The notes beneath the pieces were generated by a model that made no database searches, was not told the origin of the DNA, and saw nothing but the letters and a program-made list of their open reading frames with translations. A stretch of DNA of 64,000 bases from Bugula neritina (taxonomy: Eukaryota > Animalia > Bryozoa), in contig OZ037765.1 of assembly GCA_964035545.1 (NCBI GenBank), positions 22,567,504 through 22,631,503 of the forward strand, given 5' to 3'. Of the stretch, positions 22,101 to 34,000 are shown one piece after another. A program made the position numbers and the translations under genes. The number at the start of each line of letters is the position of its first letter. Within the stretch, counting starts at the first letter, position 1.

Positions 22101-25100
22101 CATTTTTTCTATTATAAACTATTTATTATAATATTGCATTGGTTTAATATGAAATGGAAAGTAGTAAATCATCTATATGATATGCTAATTATTAGTTGTA
22201 TTTTTAGATTCAGCTGCCGCTCTGTTGGCAATGAGTGAGGGTGAGTGTATCTGTTTACTTTTGAAAGCATTATGCTGTGTATTGGTAGCAAAACTCTGTC
22301 ATCACTATTATTTCAGTTTCACAATAATATAATGTAGTTTGGCGAAATTAATTTAGTTTTATTATATATTTTTAGTTTTATATTTATATTATAAGTAGCA
22401 TATCACTGAGTTTTTTAATTGTGCATTGGTGTTGGTTTTTATTATACTCATACCAGTGTAGTCCAAGATTACTATCGTTCAGGAAGTTATTTTTAGTTCT
22501 CTGATTTTTTGATAGCTTTGCCAATATTTGCTAGATTACAGCAGTTCTTGCTTTTACCAGATTCTTCCAGCACTGTGAAGATGCGACCGACCCGTAACGT
22601 CAAACGGAATCGGCGAATATTTAATTCAAGTACACAATCAGAATCGCCTCGTAAACAATCCCGACCAGCACCACTGAAAGTTGATGTTCCGCTAACAGCC
22701 AAAGAAGTTGCACAAAACAATGGGCTAAGACTAAGAAACTTATTAAAACTACCCAAGGCCCACAAATGGGTGCGCTATGAGTGGTTTTACTCCAGTCTAG
22801 ACTAGTAAGTCTGTCAAGTAGACCTATGTATAATATACTCTTCAACATTAATTTTTTATAATTATGGCTGATGAAGTTGAAGTCAAAAATCATGGTAGAA
22901 TGTCTAATTTTTATTTTCTAAAACTAATCCAAGTCCAATGCGGTGCCAGTCTCACCAACCAAACGGTGTCTTAAAAGATTTCTGATTTGCATTTGTTTTG
23001 TATCTGTTTTTGCTTCATACTGTCATGTGATTACATGCGGAATATATGCTTTAGCCCACTTCTGTCTGGGGAAAATGACTTCCAGGCCGTGTTGAAAGAA
23101 AATTTTGCAGACTTGGGCACGCATCTGATGAGAAAATCAGAATGGACCAAAATTCGGAGACTTATGGGTAAACCCAGGCGGTAAGTTTATTCTCATTTGG
23201 TAAATTCTTGAACATATATATCACAAAAGGATCAGGGAAATTCATAACATCTAAAAATTGTGTATAGCCATTCACATGTGTTACTATAGTGTGATTTTAT
23301 AATTGATTTCAAACTCTGGCTATCTAGATGATTATTTTCTCAATATATGATTAGTTAAATTTTTGCCGGAGTAGGTGCTCTGCAGCTTTTTTCCAAGAAG
23401 AAAGAGATGTGTTGGAGCAAAGGAGACACAAGATAAGACTCATACAACAGAGAAAACTCACCGAGCTAACCGAGAATGACATGAAAGACTTACCAGATCA
23501 GATTCCTCTGCCTTTGATTATAGGGACGAAAGTCACTGGTAGCCTATCATTGAGTCTTGCTCTTTTACAGAGTTGGCTGTACAATTTATGTCTGAGCCAT
23601 TATAATAGTAGATTTTCTCTAATTGTTTCGGTACTTTTTGAACAATGATGTGTTCAACACTAGTCTTGACCTGCCACCTCTCTCCTATACCTCATGCTAT
23701 TAAATGAACATAATTCATTGGTGTCATTGGCTAGTGTTTTCTTCTTTATGCAAATTTTACAAAATCTGCAACATATTAAAATTTATTGTTTATATTTACC
23801 TGAACTAAAGTGCTGCAAATTTTAGTGTATTTTAGTCTGTGTGTATCTAATTATTGCCCAGTTTTCAGTTCGAGGCGTTAACCAGTACCCCTGTATTTGT
23901 AGCATTATTACGGAAGCCCCAGGATGGGCTGTATGCTGGTACAATAGATGCAGTGGACACCCTGAATAACACTTACAGAATCACATTTGACAGGGCAGGT
24001 TTTGGCACGCACACAATTCCTGATTATGAAGTCTTATCTAATAGGTATGATCAGGCTGGCCTCCACTCATACTCGTATATCTTTATACCTGTAAAGTGTC
24101 ACCCTATAAGCAAGAATTCTCTCCCCACCTTACATAGCCATAGGATTCATTCAATTTTTGTTAGCTCTTATTCTCACTAAACTGAGAAAAATGGAATTAC
24201 TGATGAAAAGACGATTGACAAAAAAACAGTTGTCAAGTTGACCATGTCTGTAGAATTCAATTATTTTAGGTTACAGGAAACGATTCCATTAAGTTCATTT
24301 CAACAGAGAACTAGACCCACACCTCGGTATATGAGTGCCGTATCTCCTCCCCACAGAGTCAGTCAGCTGCAGCTGGTAAGTGGCTATCATATGCAGTTAG
24401 CAGGTGCTCTTCGTATCATTTATCTTACTTGCTTTTAGAAAAAACTGTCACACTTTAGTATATCATTCCTTCGTGATCTACTATTAACTTGTATGCCATA
24501 ATAATATAAATATTTTGATGCAAGAAAACAAAACTATTTAATGAATTAATTGTTTACATTTATTTATGCTTGTGACATGCATGGAAAATGCTCTCTTAGA
24601 TGTTTGTGTTTTACTATGTTGGATCATTTTGCTCTAAGATACTTCAATTTCAAGAAAAAAAGTTCAATTTATTGTCTCTGCAAACCACCAAATAATATTG
24701 ACAGTGCATTTTAGCTTCTAAACAAATGCATAGCGAATGAACCTATTTGTTAGCGTTTTAAAATTTAATTGAAAGGATTTCATTGAAACCATCTGTTGGT
24801 ACAATTCAAATATCTAAGATACAAATTAGCCTTCACTGCAGTCTAGTTATTTTTTATCGAAGTTTGGTTATGAAAGTAATATCTTTGGCAGTTGCTTACC
24901 CTTATTTTCTAACAGCGGTTAGTGCCTTTTCTAAATTGTATATTCATATAAATTTATATGAATATACAATTCGGAAAAGGCATTAACTAATATTTACTGT
25001 CCCAGATTAATGGTTTATAAGATTTGTGCGTAGCTTTCATTTTTATTTCAACAAGCAAACATCTGACTTCAATAATCATGTTCATACTTGACTATCTCGT

Positions 25101-27452
25101 GCTGTAGGATAATGATCCACTGCTCAGCTTTGCGCCGTTACAATCTCGACTACTTGGTGACCAATCAGGAAGCATTGGTAGCTTTCCTATCAAGTTTCTT
25201 GTGCAAATAACCAAACTCTCAAAATCTCTGGCAATAAAAAAAGAAAAAATAGATGAGCTCAAATCTATGAACACGAAAGCTGAAAAGTTTGACACATATC
25301 TCGAACCTCTTTCTGTAGAATTTCAAAAAAGGTAATAATCTCAGTCTAAGGTCTGTCTCCGTAGCTAATGCAAAAGATATATAAAAATTATGTATCGTTT
25401 ACATGGTCTCATAAATAAGATGAAAGCATTGTGCGCTATTGCTGTAGGTATGCATATAATGTGTTGGAACTGGAGGAGTTGAATAGAAGGTTGGAAGAGC
25501 AACTCTCAATGGTGCAAGTCTACAGTAAGGAACTGTCCAGGAATCAGGGTATCGACGTGGACTCCTCTCAGCTGATTAAAGACACGTGCGATAGTGACGC
25601 AAAAGCGCTGTTTGAAAGGCGAACTGCTGAACTCAACTACACTGTACAATCACCCCAGATAGCCGAGCTAATAACCAGGCTCACTGCTATGCTGCTGCAG
25701 CTCAAGGTCAGTGCCATTTCAAGGTCAACACCAACTTTTGTAAATCACAGCGGTTATTATTCAGAGGCAATTTATATGGTTTACTGCAGGGGGTTATGAA
25801 GTTTGCTTGTGATTCATGTTTCTATGTTGCAAGCTTTTGTTAAATTGCTATAAGTTGTATTGGACAGTCCACATGTTCACAGTAGTGTTACATCATCAGT
25901 TGGGGTCTGTTTACTTGCCAACTACTTAGTTCTGAGAAAAGAAACTTCTTTCGGTGAACTCATTTTAGTTGAGCTAAAATATAGACTTGCTTTCATAACT
26001 GCCATTTCATCCCCTTTTCTCATCAAAGTGTTTGATTTTACAACTCCAGTGCAGGCAAAGACAAACTGCTGAAATTACAGAAATTGTGCTGATCACCTAA
26101 ACACAGTCACTGCTTTTTGTATTTAGTTTATAACTCATCATTTCTCTTTTTCATTATTTTATTTTTTCATAAAGTTATTAAATGACAAAATAATGTTATT
26201 GACAATGTTTATGTATAGCAATAACATTTTAAAAATCTAGAGTATTATTTAATTTTCAAAACCTAAACTTATGAAGTCAAATCAACAATTTCAACTGTAG
26301 CTTAATTTTATTATACAGTAAGTAACTTGCATTACTATTTTTGTGAGGAGAATTGATAAACAGCTAGAATTACCCATGTGCCTTGAGTAAGGATGGTGAA
26401 TAACTTTACAACATTAGTTTTCTACCCTTTAAGCTCAAGAGTTATAGACAGTGGTAAAGGCATGGTACATCAAAACAATATAACCTGATTAGAGATAGAC
26501 TAAATTTAGTGTGTGTTATTCAGTTACATTTAATCAGTTCTTGTCAATTTGGGCTATAAAAAACTGTGCATGTTAAATGTGTAAAAATATATTCAATTGA
26601 GTAATTATACATCATGACATGTAATAAATAAATTCACTGCTGTCATAGATATAATGTATCTGTTGGTTACTATTTGTAGACTGTCAGCGAGACAGATATT
26701 AATGCTCATGATCTCAGGTCTATACAGCATTCCCTGGAGGATCTCAGGTCAACCACAGACTCTGCAAATGGCAGGTGTGTATGATGATGACATATCCCTT
26801 GTTTTACTGCCCTAACTTAGTTTGTCCCAACTATATTCTTGTAACACTGAATTATACTGTTTAACTAACTCGATGTGCGTTACTAATATGTATATATTGC
26901 TCTTTTGAAACTGTGCAATGAATGTAAATGTTCACCTTGCATTGACCACAGTGATTGTGCATTTACACATTAGGAGGCTATAAAAGTTAATCAATATTAC
27001 AAAATATTGCTTAGAATTAAAAAGCACTGGTGCATTTACTCTTGCTTAAGCAAATCTTACTGAATAAAACCCTTTAAAGTAGAACCTGATATAACTAGTT
27101 AATTCAACCACATGGCCATGAATCATATAAGATACCTCTTGCTGAATGTTTGGTGAAGCGATTTGGTGATTGCGGTTACACAAGGTGAGGGGGTGTGCAC
27201 CTAAGCCCAACTATTTTCTTATTTCCACAGCAATATCTGCTAAATTCGTGATACCTGAGTGTTTGCCTACCATGTCGATATTGTGGGTATCAATGCTTGC
27301 TGCTCTGTGAGACAGTTTATTTTACACCCATATATTTATATTTCAGTTGTTTCAGAAATAATGTGGAGGTACACGTTAACCACATTCAGAGCTGCTTGAC
27401 TCAAATGGGAAATCTCCACGCTTTTAGCTCATCTAATGGTAGACTGTTGTAG
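19185..27452 (+). CDS. LIN9: Protein lin-9 homolog (MuvB/DREAM core subunit, DIRP and Tudor-like domains), ~506 aa, 11 coding exons
   Basis: Phase-consistent exons: 19185-19206, 22208-22240, 22561-22804, 23055-23180, 23375-23538, 23903-24044, 24270-24375, 25108-25331, 25448-25706, 26680-26774, 27347-27452. Diagnostic peptides: LRNLLKLPKAHKWVRYEWFYSSLD, EWTKIRRLMGKPRRCSAAFFQEER, PLPLIIGTKVTA, YRITFDRAGFGTHTIPDYEV, FRNNVEVHVNHIQS...GNLHAF. The first two micro-exons are less certain. Confidence 0.93.
19650..20545. repeat. Low-complexity TAG/TAT tracts in LIN9 intron 1, including a 36-bp unit x3 (~20395-20505)
   Basis: actattactagtagtattactattagtattagtaat is repeated three times inside a longer mosaic. 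This explains the ITISISNT ORFs. Confidence 0.85.
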
Positions 27453-28367
27453 CATAAGTAATTTTCGTTTTTACCAGTTTTCTATCTGAAAATTGTTTAC
27501 AATATTTTTTAAGATCAGGATTTTCCAGTTTAACAGTTACTCTATTACTCATGGCTGATCTATCCATCTTTTAAAATATTGTGAACAATTTTAAACTGTT
27601 TATTTAATTATGCACATTATCATTAAATGCTGTAAAATATTGCCATATATTTATTTGTCTTAAGTCTTATTTTTCAGGTATTGGAATATAATTGTGATGT
27701 TTTTTAAATTGATGTTGGAATGTAGTTGAGATACTATATACATTTTTCATTCTATGTTTCAGAGGTGTTAACTAGCCTTGAATTGTTTCCATTATTGCAT
27801 GGCTTTATGTAACATTTACAGTAAATGTATTTGTAATGTGAATGTATTAAAGTGAACTACTTGTTACATAATAGAGAGAGTGTTTCTTATTGTTTGTCAT
27901 AAGCCTGTTGCATGTAATGTTGCTGCTGTTGCGAATTTTTATCACATTTTAATTTTAAAAATAATTTTGCAATCTATTTTTGTTTTTTTTTCTAAAGAAT
28001 GAACCTTGATGCATTTTCAAATTTTTAATTACAGTAATTTTAGGCCTTGGGTCAAGTAAAGTACCGTAGAGACAATAAACTCTTATTATATAGCAAAATA
28101 TCTTTTTTTAACCTCAAATAAAATGCACTTGGAACCAACCACAGACTGTATAAATATTACCATTTCTAAATATTGGTTTGTAACATGTGTGTCACTTATT
28201 ATTAGCTGGAGCCTTGGCAGTGGTAGCATGTACTAGTGCTATTAGCATTCTCCTGCAACAGTTGGCCGGCAGTCATAAGCGTACAGAGTTTTGTGACTAG
28301 TAGTATTCAATAAGAAACTAGCATTTTCGCAAAGTACATAAATTTGTAAGATTAAAAAAGCTCTAGG

Positions 28368-28705
28368 CAGAGCTATCCAACCATTAGACCCAGGGCTAGA
28401 TGTGGCCCCCAGACTACATCTTGTGGCTCTCAAAGGCAAAATGGATAAAATTATTTTGCACACATAGATTAGAGTGGAAAAACCACCTCTTTAATGTCTT
28501 ACTTTTATATAATTATTCTAAAAACATGCAGCCTTCAGTAACTATTGGAACTTCATTGTGCAATGATTTATAAGAATTTGGAATAAAGTTATTAGAAAAA
28601 TACTGATGTTGTGGCCCTTCCTCCCCCAGCCCAAGCTAAATTTTACAATGTGGCCCCACCACAAAATATTCTATTTCAGTGGCCCTCATGCCAAAAAGGT
28701 TGGTA
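28368..28705 (+). mobile_element. Degenerate non-autonomous DNA transposon (hAT/Charlie-like MITE)
   Basis: Begins cagagctatccaac...cccagggctagatgtggcccc and ends gtggccctcatgccaaaaaggttgg, with internal gtggccc repeats. This is the layout of hAT-Charlie MITEs. A second, inverted partial copy lies at ~29250-29362. Confidence 0.55.
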
Positions 28706-29249
28706 AAATGAAATGTCAAAAGGCTGTAGTGTATGCTTGCTTTCCATAATTGATAATTCAACTTTCTTGGAGGTATGGTGTGCATATATATTATTAATTA
28801 GTTCTATGATATTAAAAGACTTAAATAATATTGAACTCAACCTGTTTTGTATTGACTAGACTTCTGCTAAAGAAATATTTTAAATTTTTTGTCATCTTAA
28901 TTCTATATCATCAACAAGCTTGGAATTTACTAATTCTACCTGGTAAAAAATACAATGTGGGAGAGGGATTTGTGAAGAGGAAGCCTTGTGTAAGGTTAAA
29001 TGTTGCTTTGATAGTCTATTTTTCCTTATATTGTAGTGCAGGAGTGTTCAACCCGTTTAGATTGAGGGTCACTGAAATAGCATGTTCTAGTGAAATTATG
29101 TAGAATTTAGCTTGAGCTGGGGGCTAAACCTTTGGCATTTTTCACTAATTTCTTTATTCAAAATTTCTATGAATCATTACACATGAAGTCCCAACAATTA
29201 CTGCAAGCTGCATGTTTTTAGCATGTATATGAATAAGAAAACATTTAAA

Positions 29250-29362
29250 AGGTCATTTTTCCACTCTGATTCGTATATGTGTGCAAAATAATTATATTTT
29301 TTATGCCTTTAAGTGTCACATAAATGTAGGCAGGGGGCCGTATTTAGCCCTGAGGCCACCTG
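29250..29362 (-). mobile_element. Inverted partial copy of the 28368 element
   Basis: Its reverse complement (cagggctaaatacggccccc...aattattttgcacacat...agagtggaaaaa) matches 28392-28483. Confidence 0.65.
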
Positions 29363-30314
29363 TTGTAAAGCAATGAACTAGAAAATAATAATTTCTAGTT
29401 CAGTGTTGTAGAGTATAAGCTTCTATGAGTGAAGGTTCTGCTGCATACAAAATGGTGGTGGGTAGCAGAAGGCTTGTAGAGTTTGGAACTTTATCACAAT
29501 TGCCACTTTATAATATGTACAAGTAAAATAAACAAAAAATAATAAATGAGCCCTATAGTGCCTACAAGAGAATATAAACAAAAAATTAAAGATTGCTAGC
29601 TCCCAATAGAAAGAGGGATATCATGGTAATATGAATAGTGAAGTCTTACCCAATAGTGACATTAAATTAAAATTTCATCTTATGAGAAAGAGCATTCACT
29701 AAAATAAGCTGAAAGAAAGAAACTTAGGGATGTTCCAGTTAAGGGTATAGGTTTGAATCTAAAGTCCATTTCCTGTCACTTTTGCAGATTTTTAATAGCT
29801 TACTGTGGCTTGCATATTTCATAAAAGTAATTGGACCTTCAGAGTATCAAAGATTTTGTAGTGACTTTTACTCTTGAATATTTTTTCTAGAAAAGTTTTC
29901 TTGAGCAAAAATATCAACCCATAAACATTTGCACACGCTGACTATACAGAGAGCACTAATGAAACATCAAAATAGAAAAGAGTTGAACATTTCTTTCAAA
30001 TGCACAAATGTAGTTGAATTACACAAGTAGTTATAGCTTTCTATCAGAACTTTTTTGTTTTTGTAACAATTGACTATATACATGTACATGCACCTTTGAC
30101 TTTTAACTAAATATCAATGAGCTAAGAATCCTGTTGCTGCTTTATAATGTTAGCCGTCAAAGCCGGTGACTTCATTTATACTTTATAATAAATTAGTTAT
30201 ATAGCTAATATATAGGCAATAATAAGGACAAGAAACTTCATAGTTGAACAATAGTGATATCAATGTATTTAGATATTGGCTCTAATGAATACAAAGAAAT
30301 ACATATGTTACCTG

Positions 30315-30317
<3 letters not shown>

Positions 30318-30372
<55 letters not shown>
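30318..30372. repeat. (TA)n microsatellite
   Basis: Pure AT dinucleotide run. Confidence 0.95.
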
Positions 30373-30375
<3 letters not shown>

Positions 30376-30869
30376 TAGTGAGAATGTGTATTTAATTATA
30401 TTTTTTGATAATGATAATGATGATAATGATATTTTAATGATATTTTTGAAAACAACTAGATAAATTCAGTGATGAGATGTTCTACTAATAATAGTTTGGC
30501 CGGTAAAGATGCTAAAATATTTTATAAAAAACAGTTAAAATACTTGACTGTAAATGGTAATGAAATGCAACACAATTTGCAATACAATACAATTGTCGCA
30601 TCACATAAACATAAACTGCTAGCACACTATGTGACATTCTGAGAAGCTATATGGTGCTACCAAGTTATTGCATGCTTATTTCTAGGTACATATGAACCTT
30701 GCAGTTTTTTAATTTAATCAATACAAAATATAGTGAATTGTTTATTTCTGAGTCTAGTAACACGCCTCTGTTGTAGCAATTGTAGTTTAGTTATATAAAT
30801 GGTTACCATTCACCCGTAATTCAATCATAATGCATATAATCAGATTTCTATAGTATTATTGTCCCTATC

Positions 30870-30895
30870 ATCCAATCTGCCGTAGTATAAATACA
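30870..30895 (+). promoter_or_regulatory. Candidate CCAAT plus TATA box for the metalloprotease gene
   Basis: CCAAT at 30872-30876 and TATAAATA at 30886-30893, ~145 bp upstream of the signal-peptide ATG. Weak evidence in AT-rich DNA. Confidence 0.35.
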
Positions 30896-31034
30896 ATAGA
30901 GCCATTTACATAATTCTAAGTGCTATCAGCTGTTCGTTTAATCATTATTGCCTCCAGTCTTAAATGTATTTGCTGCTAAAAAGTTTATGCAATTCTCCAC
31001 TTAAAAAATGTTTTACAGAATTTTGTTCTCACCT

Positions 31035-34000
31035 ATGTCTTGGTATACTGTTGCAGTATTTGTGAATGGTTTTCTTCTCATTCCATCTTTAGGGCAAGCA
31101 GGTATTTATATTCCTATATAATTTCTTCTTAACTCATCTGAAATGTTTTTAATGCAGATAATGCTACTATTTTTCTAAATACAATTCTTTTAGTCCGAAA
31201 AGAAATTGACAGGCCCAAGGCTACAATTGATAAAGGCTCTGGCAGTCCAATACTGACCAAGAAACCAGAGTTAGCGAAGAATCCAGACCAACATTTTAAG
31301 AATTTTTCATCGAACAAGCTTGCTAGCGCACAGTTTGAAGATGAATATGTTGATATGAATAGTGAAGTCTTGTCTAATGGTGACGTCAACTTGAAATTCT
31401 CATCTCATGGCAAAGAGCATTCACTCAAACTTACTAAAAGAAAAAGACTTGGAGATATTAAAGTGAATTTGATAGGTAGCAGTGACAGGTTTAAGGAGAC
31501 AGTCAGTAAAAGAATTCAGGTGCTTTTATATAGCTTATGCAACACACACACACACACAAATAAATGAAGCATTTCTAAGGTTTTTGCAAAATAAGAAATC
31601 AACTAGTACTGCAACAGAATAGATGAGCTTTTTCAACTCAAATATTACAGTATATTATTTTGCTGTTGAGTTTTCACCCTTTTAATGCTGCTAATTGAGT
31701 TCAGTACTTATCGTATAACTATATAGTATATAGCAAATTAGCAGAATTTAAAAGCACTACAGAAATACTGTTAATTTTTGCTGCATATATTTACATGCTT
31801 ATTTTTAATAGGTTGTAATAATATGCTTGATGAGCATTGCATTGTTTCAATTGGTAGAATGTTACAATGCTGACAGATGCCAAGAGGAGAGCCTTCTTTG
31901 CTGTAGAGAACAATGACACACATAGTGTCAAACCATTGTTCAAGGTAAATTAGTTAAATGTGTTATAGTAGTCAATAACCACAACATAAGCTATATTCTA
32001 CTTTATAAATACTGTGAAAATTACAAACAACTTTTCTCAATTACTAGATTCTTATTTGCTTGGAAACAGTTGCGACGATGAAACCACAACCTTAAGTTAA
32101 TGCACACTGCAACGCAAATCCATCGGGTGGATCTATTTGAAGCGATGGAGCTTTGGGAATATTTCATGCAGTTTATTTTAATGCTGTTGAAATTATTTGT
32201 TGTTAATAAATAGTTGTTAATGTCTTAAGTTTTAACGTAGATTTGTTTGTAGACTGTGTGATGTTTGATATTTTACTAGAAAAGTTACTTGATGCATGGG
32301 AAGCACCAGTTGGAGTTGACAGCAGAAGGAAGTACTAGAACTAAAGTCAAGAAACAATTGATAAAAGCAGCACCGGCAAAGTCTCGAGATGCTGGTAAGT
32401 CCGAACTTGCATAAGTACATGTTTCTATAAGTCTATTTTTAGTAAGAGGTTGTCAGCACTCTCATTAGAAAGCAAATTGGTAGTTAGTATTCCTTTTATG
32501 TTTTGGTGTTGCTAAACAACTCACTATTGACTTCTGAGTTCAGCATTGGCCGGCTATGCTTGTTAATAGACTAAAGCCTACATAATGTATGGCCATTCTT
32601 TCACCCACTTTTTTCAAGTGAACTTGCAGTGTGAATAGCAAACAGTCTGTGAATAAGTAAAAGAAAGTGGTAGTTCAATGCTAATCATTATATCTACAAT
32701 AGGAGTTGAGCTTTTTTACGCCATTGAATAATACAATTTATATTTCTTTGTACATTGACTATTGGAATGTGAGTGTACATATAGGTTACAGCTATACAAT
32801 CAGTTATCATGGTATTCAAGTGTTGGAATGTTTATAAGAATAAAAGTGTAAATTTACATCAATATTAGTTTTTCATAGAAGTTGTGTATTTTAACACCTT
32901 ATATATAAAGCAGTACCAATTAGCCCCTTTTGTTTTAAATATTATTATTTAAAGTAATAAGCATGTAACTGGAATAAAGTAGTTTATCTTTATAGATGCT
33001 CTGATAGTTTGTCATGTTTTATATTATGCTATTACATCAGGTAATGAAAAATCTACATTTTTTGCTTTAGAGCTTAATAATTTGCCCTCTTATATACATA
33101 GCTTAACATAATACATTCACTACATTATATTATGATTTATGTTTATTTATGTTTATGTTGTATTGCATAAAGCTGACAAAACACTATATGTGCATATACA
33201 TATCAAGCATCTATGGTAGCCTAAATGTTAAAACAGCCAATAGCGGCTTGAGGCAGCATGCCAAAAAATTATTAATCAAAAGATATGATTCTCGATTGGT
33301 ATCTTTAGAAAATTTAGAAGGTTCATATGTGAAATATAGAACATGGCAGACAAAGGTAGAAAAATTAATTGTCACACAACTTAGGATTTCTTGGGAATCC
33401 AACAATTATTTAATATACCAACACTGTACACATTTTTAGTTTTTGATCTTTCTAAAGCAGTAATTTGGCCTTTATAGTATGGTATCTCCTTAATTTTAAC
33501 GTTTTTAAGTTTTATAGTTTTGGTAATTCAACAAATGTTGTTAATCAATGTTGTGAAGATGGCAATTTATAAAATATAACTTCAAAAATTAACATGTAGT
33601 ACCAGTAGAATGTGTTTTGTACTAATAAAATATCTCAACACAAAGATATACAACAAAGTGCAGTCTTAAAGTTGAGAAATTTTGTTCAAATGACCGTTAA
33701 AGGTAGTTTTTCCTAAATTTGCTGAACTTTTAGGAAGTTGACATGCTTTATCAACTGCAGACTACATTCTTGTCATGCAATTTTAGTAGTTTGATGCTGC
33801 TTTTCCCTCATAGTATGCTGCCTGATCGTATTAATGATCCAAAAGGTTGTTGAAATGTGTATATCTTCTGTTTTCCTTATACGCTTCTAATAGATAATTT
33901 ACAGTATAGGCTGTACAAATTATATTATATTATCATAAACATAAAGCTGTGTATAATTGATATTCATCTATACTTGTAAATTGCTGAATGCTAAATACAA

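Noticed and set aside
26781-26850. C/D-box snoRNA (ATGATGA...CTGA) in a LIN9 intron
   Set aside because: The C box overlaps the 5' splice-site region, the terminal stem is weak, and I recognise no rRNA antisense element.
33149-33439. 96-aa ORF as a protease prodomain exon
   Set aside because: I could not fit a phase-compatible acceptor with the flanking exons. It is left unresolved and not called.
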